Below, in pieces: positions 20,372-30,329 of a stretch of DNA of 64,000 nt (its first letter is position 1; every line of letters begins with the position of its first letter). The notes under the pieces are model-generated. The model was not told where the DNA came from, searched no databases, and saw only the letters and a program-made list of their open reading frames with translations. The translations under genes were made by a program, and so were the position numbers. The DNA comes from a virus. Taxonomy: Duplodnaviria > Caudoviricetes. The stretch is taken from the IMG/VR virus record IMGVR_UViG_3300009370_001552, positions 13,341-77,340 of that record. One strand, written 5' to 3'.

Positions 20372-21108
20372 AGTAACTCTTTATTATCTATAACCGAACT
20401 CACAACTTCAAACCATTTTTGATGACCTAATTTATTAGGGTGGTCATCATTTGGTGACAGTCTCACTTCATCTTTTGGAAACTGGTTTAAATATCCATCA
20501 AATGAATTATCAGGTAATATCCAATTCTCCCAATCAAAAATTTCTACTGCCGTATTCCAAAGTTGCATAGGATCAGGAAGGGCGGAGTGTAAAATACAAG
20601 TATCATGGAATACATTCCAAAATAAATATTTACAATTATTTGCTTTCAAAATACATTCTAAAGAATAAACTCGTCTAATGCTATCTTTGCACATAATATC
20701 AATATCAATAAACTTTTCAACATATTCCTTTTTAAATTCAGTAGATACATCGTATCCGTCTACCGATATCTGCGTCAAACCCATTGGATTTCCACGAATA
20801 GGTTTATTATTTAACCTTAAATAAAAATTGTGATGCCCCATCTGGATATATTCTTCTCTAAGAGTATGATATAATTCAAACCGAGTAGGTTTAGACCACC
20901 CAATTAAAAATAGTGTATCTTGTAATTCAGATTGATTATTCATAATATGATTTATACTTGTTCTATAGATTCTATAACTGCTTGCACCACCTTGCCATGC
21001 ATGATTAACTTCTAAATTATATTTATCACCCAATAATTGACCAAATGATTCACTTTTCTCTAACCCATCCCCACAAAAACTATCTCCATTATAATACAAA
21101 TATTTCAT
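20368..21108 (-). CDS. SGNH-like protein
   Basis: NGDSF, GGASSYRI, DDHPNKLGH. Confidence 0.65.
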   Translation of the reverse strand: MKYLYYNGDSFCGDGLEKSESFGQLLGDKYNLEVNHAWQGGASSYRIYRTSINHIMNNQSELQDTLFLIGWSKPTRFELYHTLREEYIQMGHHNFYLRLNNKPIRGNPMGLTQISVDGYDVSTEFKKEYVEKFIDIDIMCKDSIRRVYSLECILKANNCKYLFWNVFHDTCILHSALPDPMQLWNTAVEIFDWENWILPDNSFDGYLNQFPKDEVRLSPNDDHPNKLGHQKWFEVVSSVIDNKELL

Positions 21109-22016
21109 TTAGAATCTCCTAACATTTTTATAAACATATCTATCTTACCAATATCTGAAGTTACATTTGGTTTATTCATATATTGTCTTGCAAAAGCACT
21201 CCATGATGACACAGTGTGTGTTATTAAATAACTACAAAATGCAAGTCCAAATAAATCTACAATATCCTTTAAAGTATTTTGTTTTATAACATTATCTCTA
21301 TAATTCACAATTTTATCCCTGATACTACTATCTTTTATTTTAAATTTATATTCTTTTAAAACATCTTTATAAGTAATTATATCATAATTGTCCGATAAAA
21401 ACTTAATACTATCCAAGGGTAAATCACTACTTACATAAAATTTTTGTTTTGGATTAAATTTTAATATTTTTTCAATAAATCTAATATAAACATTATTATC
21501 AATGTTCTCATATTTACCTTCTTCACCATTAGATGCGAACGTTCCCCGTACACCGTGCGACTTTCTTATATGAATACCAACCATACCTCTAGCGGTACTT
21601 TCAATCAAATAGTTTAATTTTGCATCTTTAATTTTTATTAATTGTAACGGCCGCTTTAAATGGTATTTATCATCAAAATAATCAAGATGAAACCTATTAA
21701 ACGCCCACCCGTCAACTGGAAACCAATTTTCTGTACTATCTAACTTAAATCCACAATGTCTTATAACATTAGAATCAAAAGGATATGAATCTTTAATAAA
21801 TTCAGAATCACTTTGGTCTACACGTGAAGTTAAAGGTAAATTTAAAAATTCTAATTCTGGCCACCACATTTTTTGAACTTCAATTTTCATATTATTAATT
21901 TTAGCAATTTGATATCCAAGTTCCCAATGATAAATTCTATTACATAATCCAGTATCTTCATTCGTAATGTATCCACTACCTCGGTGTGGTTCTACCCATT
22001 TTAAAATACCATTCAT
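21105..22016 (-). CDS. Fucosyltransferase-like GT-B protein (GT11/GT23-like)
   Basis: GLCNR, GIHIR, FYVSSD, D...LAFC......SSWS. Confidence 0.65.
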   Translation of the reverse strand: MNGILKWVEPHRGSGYITNEDTGLCNRIYHWELGYQIAKINNMKIEVQKMWWPELEFLNLPLTSRVDQSDSEFIKDSYPFDSNVIRHCGFKLDSTENWFPVDGWAFNRFHLDYFDDKYHLKRPLQLIKIKDAKLNYLIESTARGMVGIHIRKSHGVRGTFASNGEEGKYENIDNNVYIRFIEKILKFNPKQKFYVSSDLPLDSIKFLSDNYDIITYKDVLKEYKFKIKDSSIRDKIVNYRDNVIKQNTLKDIVDLFGLAFCSYLITHTVSSWSAFARQYMNKPNVTSDIGKIDMFIKMLGDSK

Positions 22017-22654
22017 AACTTCTCTTTAATTAATTCTACAATTCTCTTATGTCCTAATTCATTTGGATGAGTATGATGTTCTTCAAAATATATACTTTTT
22101 TTCATTTGCATGTCTGGACCATTATTCTCTAAATCCCAAGATTCATATTCATCTTTTCCACCCAATAGTGTAGTCAAAGACTTTTTAATATTTAAAAAAT
22201 TATCAACATTAATTAAAGATTTAAATCTACTGTCTATAATAAATTCACCACCATAATTATGCATAAATAAATACTTACAACCAATACCATCTAATGCTGA
22301 TTGAATAGAATAAGTAAATAAACTTGCATGATATCTAAACCAAACTTCTGTTTTATCCCCTAACCAAGACATATATCTTTCTTTATCTGCTTCATAATAC
22401 CAACTTATGAAACTTCCCTGTTGTTGATCCATCCATCTTATATCAGGCGGAATAACTATTAATATAGTATCATCACTATTAATATCACGAACATTACCAA
22501 ATATCCGAGTTACTATTACTGAATATGAATTACCTTGAGATGAAAAATTTATAAATTTTTCTCCTAAATCCTTTGCTAAATGATAAACGAAAGGATTTTC
22601 ATTTTCATTTAATTCAGAACCATAACTCCAACTATCTCCGAAACAGTAAATCAT
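22013..22654 (-). CDS. SGNH-like protein
   Basis: FGDSWSYG, QGNS, HPNELGH. Confidence 0.65.
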   Translation of the reverse strand: MIYCFGDSWSYGSELNENENPFVYHLAKDLGEKFINFSSQGNSYSVIVTRIFGNVRDINSDDTILIVIPPDIRWMDQQQGSFISWYYEADKERYMSWLGDKTEVWFRYHASLFTYSIQSALDGIGCKYLFMHNYGGEFIIDSRFKSLINVDNFLNIKKSLTTLLGGKDEYESWDLENNGPDMQMKKSIYFEEHHTHPNELGHKRIVELIKEKL

Positions 22655-23685
22655 GTGATAATCCTTCCTAATTTATAATATAAATCTGGTAATACTGGAT
22701 TATGATATATTACCCAATTCTGATTATGTTTCCTTTTCTCTAAAATATTCTCTTGTGTAAATATTTGATTAACTTTACTCTTATTCTTATTCCACATATC
22801 AATATATCGTTTTATTTCTTTAACTACCATATTAAATCTATTATCAATATTAACTTCATCATCATAACTTTCATCAAATAATTCTGGATAAGTTTCAAAT
22901 CCCATACCTCTAAGTACTTCTAATGTTCCCGAATTTGACAAACTAATAAATGGTTGTCCGTGAAGTAATGGTTTTACATTCTTTTCACATAAAAATATTC
23001 TACCATCTATCTCATCTATATCACAATTACAAAATGTTTCAAAATATGTATTTTCATAATATTTACTTAATTCATATTTTTTTTGTTCATTCCAACCTCC
23101 ACCTGATTTAAAGTGTTCCTCATCATCTAAATATATTCCATAATCAATAGCCGAATAAATAGAAACATCTAATCCCCCAATACTTTTAATCTTGTTAAAA
23201 AACTTCTCTTTATATGGCCACATTTTTCTGGTAAGAAAAAGGAATAACTTATCTCTTTCATTAGTTACCAAAATATTTTTTAATAAAATTTCTCTATGAT
23301 TTTTCTCCCTCTTAACCAAATGCATAACATCAGGAAAAAATCCCGCAATTCCAATTACATTAATAGGAACATCATCCTTAAATTTACTCTTTAATTTCCA
23401 ATTATTATAATTTTTTTCTATCTTTAAATCACTGGTTAAAAATATTATTTTATTTGCAGGATATTTATGTTTTCTTATTTCTTCATGTAATAATTTCATA
23501 GAAAGTTCTGGAAAATAACCTTCAACCGTTCTCTCCAATACAACATAATTGTTATTCCAATCTACACTTTCCAAAAAATCTATCCATTCTAAATTAAACT
23601 TATCTGGTTCTTCAAACCCAAAATCTAAAGAATAAACTATATTATCAAACTGTTCAATAATATATTCTTGAACTATATCTATCAT
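22651..23685 (-). CDS. Putative glycosyltransferase (GT10-like C-terminus)
   Basis: CEK..KPLLHGQPFI...GFETYPELFDESYD. Confidence 0.5.
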   Translation of the reverse strand: MIDIVQEYIIEQFDNIVYSLDFGFEEPDKFNLEWIDFLESVDWNNNYVVLERTVEGYFPELSMKLLHEEIRKHKYPANKIIFLTSDLKIEKNYNNWKLKSKFKDDVPINVIGIAGFFPDVMHLVKREKNHREILLKNILVTNERDKLFLFLTRKMWPYKEKFFNKIKSIGGLDVSIYSAIDYGIYLDDEEHFKSGGGWNEQKKYELSKYYENTYFETFCNCDIDEIDGRIFLCEKNVKPLLHGQPFISLSNSGTLEVLRGMGFETYPELFDESYDDEVNIDNRFNMVVKEIKRYIDMWNKNKSKVNQIFTQENILEKRKHNQNWVIYHNPVLPDLYYKLGRIIT

Positions 23686-23686
23686 T

Positions 23687-24298
23687 TTAAACTATCTCAT
23701 CTATTAATCCTAAAGATTTACACGTTTCTGCATCCCACATCAAGTCATGTTTTAATATTTCATCAAGTGTATCTTCAGGAACTTTTGTATATTCCTTATA
23801 CACCCTTTTAATCGTTTCCATCATCAAATCAAGATTCTGTTTCTCATCTTCAAACTCAGAATACTTTCCCCAAAAATTTGTAGATAATTGATGTATCAAC
23901 ATATAAGAATTTCTACTCATAAATCTTTTCTCACCTACTACTGATAAAAATGTGGCTGCACTTGCACAGAACCCATCTACATAAGTATGTACTGGAACTT
24001 TTGTTCTCAATATTGTATCCATAGACGAAATACCAGCAGTGATTGAACCACCACCTGAATTTATCAATACTTTAAGTGTAGGTGGGTCTATATCTAAAGT
24101 ATTTGCCAATGTCAAACTCTTAGATTCTATCTCACCTATCTTTTTATTTAATTCTACTGCACTTTCTCTGTTTACATTAGAATAATAATAAATCTTATTC
24201 TCGTGAACCGATATATGTTTTTCTGGTTTAACACCATTAGGTTGTGCGCCTTTTTTAACAGGTGGTTTCTTTTCACCCCAATATTTTTCTACCATCAT
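23687..24298 (-). CDS. clpP: ClpP-like protease subunit (copy 2)
   Basis: INSGGGSI, CASAAT (Ser), LIHQ (His), HDLMWDAE..LGLID. Confidence 0.85.
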   Translation of the reverse strand: MMVEKYWGEKKPPVKKGAQPNGVKPEKHISVHENKIYYYSNVNRESAVELNKKIGEIESKSLTLANTLDIDPPTLKVLINSGGGSITAGISSMDTILRTKVPVHTYVDGFCASAATFLSVVGEKRFMSRNSYMLIHQLSTNFWGKYSEFEDEKQNLDLMMETIKRVYKEYTKVPEDTLDEILKHDLMWDAETCKSLGLIDEIV

Positions 24299-24501
24299 TC
24301 TACCACATCTACTATTTTTGATTGCTTTGCAATTATGGTTTCAAAAACAAAAGGTGAATCTTTTAACCATTCATTTACTTTTGCTTCTGCAACACTTACT
24401 GAATCACATTCCACCAAGTAAGTCTTACGAACTTTCTTTTCTTTTACTCCGTTTTTTGTCTGTATTTCCTCTATGAAAATAACCGTCGCCTCATAATACA
24501 T
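24295..24501 (-). CDS. DUF4494-like small protein
   Basis: KKVRKTYLV...SVSVAEAKV pattern. Confidence 0.6.
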   Translation of the reverse strand: MYYEATVIFIEEIQTKNGVKEKKVRKTYLVECDSVSVAEAKVNEWLKDSPFVFETIIAKQSKIVDVVE

Positions 24502-24510
24502 TCTAACTCC

Positions 24511-25431
24511 TTATTTTATAACTTGTAGTATTTCTATTATCATTGCCATCGCGTTGATTTCTTTATCAACCACTTGGGCATCACTTAATTCATATTTTGC
24601 TATTATCAAGATACATTCTGCAATATGTCCTTTACCATAACTATCAACTTCATCATATAGAAGTCTAAACAAATCTGCAAAATCTGTAACCTTTGCGTCT
24701 GCCATCAACTGACGAACATTATTGAATGCACTCTTTTTATCTTGTTTCTCTAATATCTCCAACAACTTTAACTTATAATCGTTCTCTACAATACTCTGTT
24801 TATCAATAACCAACTTACCATCTACTGATTGTCTTTGTGCACCATTGATAACTCGTCTTATATCGGGATAACCACTATTGACTAATATTGCCAAATCTTC
24901 TCTATCATAATCCACACTCTCTTGACTTAAAATGTTATGTAGATGTTTTGCTACATCATTTTTATTTGGTGGTATGACCTGAAATGTTTGACACCGAGAT
25001 TGTATCGGGTCAATAATTCTCTCAACAAAATTACAAGTCAAGATGAACCTACAATGTTTACTAAATGTTTCCATTAGATTACGAAGTGCGGCTTGGGCGT
25101 TTGGTGTGATGTAATCACACTCGTCCAAGATTATAATCTTGTAATCCTTGAAGCCCATAGTGGATGCAAAGTTCTTAACCTTACTCCTTACGGTTTCTAC
25201 ATTGTTCTCGTCTGACGCGTTAATGTATAGATAATCACATTCTATATTATTAACAAGTAGTTTTGCGAGAGTGGTCTTACCTGTACCAGCCTTTCCGAAC
25301 AGTAAAAGATGTGGTAAGTCGCCACTCTCCAAATAAACCTTGACTTTACCTTTTAATTGGTCATTACCAATGTAAGTGTCAAGATTAGAGGGCCGATATT
25401 TTTCTACCCAAAGGGTATGTTCATTTTGCAT
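24511..25431 (-). CDS. Clamp loader AAA+ subunit (gp44/RFC-like)
   Basis: WVEKYRP, GKAGTGKTT, ILDECD, SRC. Confidence 0.95.
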   Translation of the reverse strand: MQNEHTLWVEKYRPSNLDTYIGNDQLKGKVKVYLESGDLPHLLLFGKAGTGKTTLAKLLVNNIECDYLYINASDENNVETVRSKVKNFASTMGFKDYKIIILDECDYITPNAQAALRNLMETFSKHCRFILTCNFVERIIDPIQSRCQTFQVIPPNKNDVAKHLHNILSQESVDYDREDLAILVNSGYPDIRRVINGAQRQSVDGKLVIDKQSIVENDYKLKLLEILEKQDKKSAFNNVRQLMADAKVTDFADLFRLLYDEVDSYGKGHIAECILIIAKYELSDAQVVDKEINAMAMIIEILQVIK

Positions 25432-26338
25432 TTTTTAATTCCTGTAAATATTTATTAAATTCTTCTTCAAAATCTTCTGATGACATTTTATTTTCAGAAA
25501 ACCCACCTTTAAGATGAGTAAGAAATGGTTTATCCTTATAGTAATATGTATGTAATGTATCGTTTGTTTCCCAATTTGGATTATCATAATAAGGACCTAA
25601 ATGAAGATACTTTAAATCATTCTCAAGACAATATATGGTTGCACCATGATTGGTATCACCGTAATACCAGTCTATATTATAATTATCAAAGAACTTTCTC
25701 TTACACATAAAAAAATACGCATCTGCAAATCCAAGTTTTTGAGTTTTTACATATCCACCAAAGTTGGGTGACATTGTAATTGGTTCAAATGAATATTCTC
25801 TAAGATACTTATCTAATATCTCTTTATGTAAAATATAAGTAGAAATCCATATTTTTTTATTATCAACTGAAATATATTCAAGTTCTTCTTCTTCCATTTG
25901 TTGTATCATTTCATCAATACAATCTTGAAGATAAAGAGTATCATTGTGTTGTAATACAATATAATCACCTTTTGCTTCTTGTATCCCACAATGAAAAGCC
26001 ATAGATACCCACATAGTTAAATTACCTATATTTTCTAAGGACAAATCTATATCATTATGATTCATAAATTCAGGAATCTTTTTGAGCTCTTCAAGTGGTA
26101 ATGCTTGCCAACCCTTAATTGCCCTAAGATTTGGTAAATTTACATCTGGCCAAGTATGACTATTATCAACTAAAATAATTTCCTTTTCACATTCAAGTGA
26201 ATTTATCTTCTTAATTGTTTTTATGGTAGAATACATTATATTTGAAAAATTATTTTCTTCCCACAAATCTTCTTTTTCATTTAAGTTTAAAAATTTATCC
26301 TTTTCTATTGTAGAAAAAGGTACTATAAAACTAATCAC
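25421..26338 (-). CDS. Glycosyltransferase family 2-like
   Basis: ISFIVP, IILVDN, GIQEAKGDYIVLQHND. Confidence 0.7.
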   Translation of the reverse strand: MISFIVPFSTIEKDKFLNLNEKEDLWEENNFSNIMYSTIKTIKKINSLECEKEIILVDNSHTWPDVNLPNLRAIKGWQALPLEELKKIPEFMNHNDIDLSLENIGNLTMWVSMAFHCGIQEAKGDYIVLQHNDTLYLQDCIDEMIQQMEEEELEYISVDNKKIWISTYILHKEILDKYLREYSFEPITMSPNFGGYVKTQKLGFADAYFFMCKRKFFDNYNIDWYYGDTNHGATIYCLENDLKYLHLGPYYDNPNWETNDTLHTYYYKDKPFLTHLKGGFSENKMSSEDFEEEFNKYLQELKNAK

Positions 26339-27395
26339 AATCTATCTCCCGAACTAATTCTCCACTATCGTGATATATTTTGGCTATATCTATTGGCATT
26401 CCAAAATCAAAATTACATTCCATTTCCTTTTTCCCGTTATGAAAATAAAATAACCATTTACCATCCATTTCACCACCTAATATCTGACCTTCTGATCTCA
26501 TTTTACCATTTCTATAATAATTAACATATTTTCCTTTAAGATTTCCTTCCACATAAGTTTCTTCTTTTTCTTTTTGTCCATTATTATACCACCATCTCCA
26601 TGTTCCATCGGCCTCTCCTTCTTCATAAATTCCTTCTGAAAATTTATTTCCGTTTTTATGCCAATAAGTCCATTTACCAATTTTTACTTCTATTCTTCTT
26701 TGCTGGATCTCACCGCCAACAGAAGCTTCTGCTATCATTTCGTCCTCAAATTGTCCTTCTCCCCATTTTTCTCCACTTTCATGCCACCAAATCCATTTAC
26801 CGAACTTAACTCCATTTTTATATTTCCCTGTTGAACCCTGTTGTCCATTTTCATACCACCAAACCTGTTCCGTTACTAACCCACTTTCATCAAATATTAT
26901 TTCTCTTTCTTTTACTCCACTTGGGTGCCATCTATCTAATTTTCCAACTGGCTTTCCATTCTTATAAGTTGCATATTCTGTTACCTCTCCATTTTCATAC
27001 CATTCAGTCCATTTACCATCTTTTTTACCATTCAGAACGTTTCCTTCAGATTCCTTCTGTCCATTATCATACCAAGAAATATATTCACCGTCCACTTTCC
27101 ATTCAGAATCTTCTGGGTTCTCTTTATTTGTAGATATCTTAGACTCTAATACTAACTGACCACTTTCATTATACCATTTCCATTTATCAGAACTCTTGTG
27201 TGGTGCACCGAGCTTATACAATCTTTTATTTTCTATTTCTTGTCCTATCTCATTTAACAGCTCCTGTTCCAACCCTGGATTCTCATCTTTCCATTTTAGA
27301 TATTCTTTATACTTTGGATCAAATGATAGCACTACTTTTCCATCAACCTCTATTGCATTTTCATTATTTGGAACTTTTTTATACCTAATCTTCAT
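26331..27395 (-). CDS. MORN-variant repeat protein (long paralog)
   Basis: About ten G.W..WY.NG..K.E..Y repeats. Confidence 0.8.
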   Translation of the reverse strand: MKIRYKKVPNNENAIEVDGKVVLSFDPKYKEYLKWKDENPGLEQELLNEIGQEIENKRLYKLGAPHKSSDKWKWYNESGQLVLESKISTNKENPEDSEWKVDGEYISWYDNGQKESEGNVLNGKKDGKWTEWYENGEVTEYATYKNGKPVGKLDRWHPSGVKEREIIFDESGLVTEQVWWYENGQQGSTGKYKNGVKFGKWIWWHESGEKWGEGQFEDEMIAEASVGGEIQQRRIEVKIGKWTYWHKNGNKFSEGIYEEGEADGTWRWWYNNGQKEKEETYVEGNLKGKYVNYYRNGKMRSEGQILGGEMDGKWLFYFHNGKKEMECNFDFGMPIDIAKIYHDSGELVREIDCD

Positions 27396-27948
27396 ACATC
27401 TCTCTGTAAATAAAACTTACCATTACATCTTCTATTGACAGTCTTTTTGTGAATATTTTTGATATTCCTCTTTGTTGTCCTATAAAATAACTAAAATCTT
27501 TTGATACAGTATAACATTTTCCATCATAAAAATAACCATTAGCAATATCACTTAAACTCTTATCAAGTTCTCCCAATCCTTTATTTTTATACCACTCAAT
27601 ATAAAAATCATCATAATTAAATACTCGTTTTTTAATACCACAATAATCCCCATGATGTATAAAAATATTCACATTATCATATACAAAATCAACCTTTAAA
27701 TCTTCTCTCATAAATGTAGTATCATCACACTTAACTAAATAATCATATTCTTTATTTTCACTACACCACTTCATCATCTCTTGAGTTTTAACAGGTAAAT
27801 CTCTGTAATCTGTATGAAAATCTGTACCCCATTCTATAACCTCGATGGTCGGGTCATCACAAATCTGTTTATAAAACTTTTCCTTCTTAAACTGTTCTAA
27901 ATATTTTTGGTATTCAGAATCAGTATAAATTACAAATAGATATTTCAT
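27385..27948 (-). CDS. Galactosyltransferase-like (GT31-like) protein
   Basis: YLVKCDDTTF, GKCYTVS, EDVMV. Confidence 0.6.
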   Translation of the reverse strand: MKYLFVIYTDSEYQKYLEQFKKEKFYKQICDDPTIEVIEWGTDFHTDYRDLPVKTQEMMKWCSENKEYDYLVKCDDTTFMREDLKVDFVYDNVNIFIHHGDYCGIKKRVFNYDDFYIEWYKNKGLGELDKSLSDIANGYFYDGKCYTVSKDFSYFIGQQRGISKIFTKRLSIEDVMVSFIYREMYED

Positions 27949-28727
27949 AATATATTTATACTATCTATTTTTTCTCTGACCACTTGATACCAAATCCTAT
28001 GACCTAATTCATTTGGATGATCATCACCCTTACTTCTTCTAACTGAATGATCTGAATATTTCGTTAAATGGTCATCGAATGAACTACGAGGTAATATCCA
28101 ATTATCCCAATCAAAAAGTACATTAGCATTATTCCAAATATAATTATCACTCTTTTTTGGTATTACCAATTTATTATTAATACCCATAACGACCTTACGA
28201 ATCACCCCTCTGCGGTAAGTATCATTAAAAATATTATAAAATAAATATTTGCAATTATTTGCCTTCAAAACACATTCTAAATAATAAACTCTTCTTATAT
28301 GTTCTTCTAACATATTATCAAAATCAACAAATTTTGTGATATATTCCTTTTTAAATTCATCAGATAGTTTTAAATCTTTTTCCCACGATGGTGGATTAGT
28401 TCCAGGTGGAAATTGTATATCCTCACCTCTCATCATTCTATAAAAATTAGTATGCCCCATTGGAATATATCTCTGATGTATAGTATCATACATTTCAAAC
28501 CGAGTAGGTTTAGTCCAACCTATTAAAAATAATGTATCTTGTAACTTAGACTGATTATTCATAATATGATTTACAGTAGTTCTATGTATTCTATGGTTAC
28601 TTGCACCACCTTGCCATGCATGATTAACTTTCAAATTATACTTTTGCCCTAATAAATCTCCAAATCTTCTACCTTCCTTTATTTGGTCACCACAAAAACT
28701 ATCTCCATTATAATACAGATACTTCAT
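27945..28727 (-). CDS. SGNH-like protein (paralog of 20368-21108)
   Basis: MKYLYYNGDSFCG...LQDTLFLIGW.KPTRFE...DDHPNELGH. Confidence 0.65.
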   Translation of the reverse strand: MKYLYYNGDSFCGDQIKEGRRFGDLLGQKYNLKVNHAWQGGASNHRIHRTTVNHIMNNQSKLQDTLFLIGWTKPTRFEMYDTIHQRYIPMGHTNFYRMMRGEDIQFPPGTNPPSWEKDLKLSDEFKKEYITKFVDFDNMLEEHIRRVYYLECVLKANNCKYLFYNIFNDTYRRGVIRKVVMGINNKLVIPKKSDNYIWNNANVLFDWDNWILPRSSFDDHLTKYSDHSVRRSKGDDHPNELGHRIWYQVVREKIDSINIL

Positions 28728-29713
28728 TATATAATACCTAAATGTTTTAATACTGAATTTGGTTGTTTATATGCAAAATCATTAACAGACACCACTTTTT
28801 CTTCAAAGGATTTGGTATTCATGTCAAAATACATATATTTATAAGTTTCTGGTAATAACTCGCCATACATATAAGTAAATTCAATAACTTTTTTATCTAT
28901 AATATCAAATTTTAGATTTGGTGAATTAAGTTCAGTTTTAATATCCATAATGGTGTCTAATAACTCAAACTCACTCTCATTTAAAGATTCAACCATATTC
29001 CCTTTACGATTTCCCCAATGCTCATCACCATAATTAAACGGAAAATGATTTGGATACTCCCAACCAACATCCAATTTCTGTTTAATTCCATAAATTTCAT
29101 CATTAGTTATCACTATCTTTTTTTCATACTCAGTACTGATATACTCTTGGACTTGACAAGGAAAGAAATTTTCACTATTATAACAATGTGAAATGTATTC
29201 TTCAATATTATCTAAATGTTCTTTTTCCCATACATAAAAAGTACTCTCTGAGCCAGCACCATAAGTAGACTTAATAACCGTTCCAACAGTAACATTTTTT
29301 AATAATTCATCTAAATCATTACAAGTAACACTTGAAACATGAATACCATACTTCTTTAAAAGTTCATATTGTCTAACTTTATCATCATAGTAATAATATG
29401 ACTTTTTATTAGGCCACATTTTTTCACCATAATGATTAAATAATTTATCAAAATATTTAGAATGTAATTCTTTATCGGGGAGTGCATGTGCAAAACGACC
29501 TACAAAATAGTCACTATTTGTATAATTATAATATACTCTGTAATCATCTATTCTATCGTCATAATCTCCATAATCCGTTATAATATATGATATATCATTA
29601 GACTTTAATAATTTTTCGAATTTAGAATGATAAAATTCACTTAATATTTTTTTATGAAATGGAACACTCTCGTCAAAACTATAAACTCCGTGATCCTTAT
29701 GAACTGTAACCAT
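28727..29713 (-). CDS. ATP-grasp fold ligase (RimK-like)
   Basis: DDKVRQ, VIKSTYGAGS, VQEYI, KFDI...VIEF. Confidence 0.65.
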   Translation of the reverse strand: MVTVHKDHGVYSFDESVPFHKKILSEFYHSKFEKLLKSNDISYIITDYGDYDDRIDDYRVYYNYTNSDYFVGRFAHALPDKELHSKYFDKLFNHYGEKMWPNKKSYYYYDDKVRQYELLKKYGIHVSSVTCNDLDELLKNVTVGTVIKSTYGAGSESTFYVWEKEHLDNIEEYISHCYNSENFFPCQVQEYISTEYEKKIVITNDEIYGIKQKLDVGWEYPNHFPFNYGDEHWGNRKGNMVESLNESEFELLDTIMDIKTELNSPNLKFDIIDKKVIEFTYMYGELLPETYKYMYFDMNTKSFEEKVVSVNDFAYKQPNSVLKHLGII

Positions 29714-30118
29714 TTAATCGTGTAATAAAATTCTATTTACAAAATAATATCCATTAGATGATAATGGATGATAAACAACCTGTTTATCAGTCATACCTTC
29801 CTCAATGGAAATAACTTTCTGTAATATTATTGATAATTCATCTTCATTTATTACAATGAGCTCGTCACCAACCTCAACTGTACCAGAATTATCTATAATC
29901 AATTCTCCATCACGGTAATAAGGTAAAATATGAAAAATAGTTAAGTTTATACTAAAATCATCAGTAAATATGGCAAACGTTTCTTTACCATCTGAATAAA
30001 ATTCTTCAACTCTATCAATAATTTCTGCCTCTACTATTTTTTCTTCATTAATATCATAGGATAAGATTACATCCCCGATTGTTAAATCTGTAACCGATGT
30101 CCTTTCGTGCCAAGACAT
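29714..30118 (-). CDS. Free-standing Hint (intein-like) domain lacking N-terminal Cys block
   Basis: DLTIGDVILSYD, LTIFH (TxxH), VEVGDEL, VY...YFVNRILLHD. Confidence 0.7.
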   Translation of the reverse strand: MSWHERTSVTDLTIGDVILSYDINEEKIVEAEIIDRVEEFYSDGKETFAIFTDDFSINLTIFHILPYYRDGELIIDNSGTVEVGDELIVINEDELSIILQKVISIEEGMTDKQVVYHPLSSNGYYFVNRILLHD

Positions 30119-30133
30119 TATAACCTCACTTTT

Positions 30134-30319
30134 TTATTTTTTCTTTTTACTTTTACTACCCGTTTTTTTCAATTGAACAATATTTTTAGCTTTCATTGTA
30201 GGAATTTCAGTTCCCTTTTTTCGTCTAAGTAAATAAGTAGAATCTTCTACTGCCACAACTATCGATGAATGCAGTTCTGCTTTAATACGAATGTTAGATT
30301 TCCAAATTACTTTTTTCAT
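30134..30319 (-). CDS. Small basic hypothetical protein
   Basis: 61-aa ORF with GGAGA upstream. Confidence 0.45.
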   Translation of the reverse strand: MKKVIWKSNIRIKAELHSSIVVAVEDSTYLLRRKKGTEIPTMKAKNIVQLKKTGSKSKKKK

Positions 30320-30329
30320 AATTAATCTC

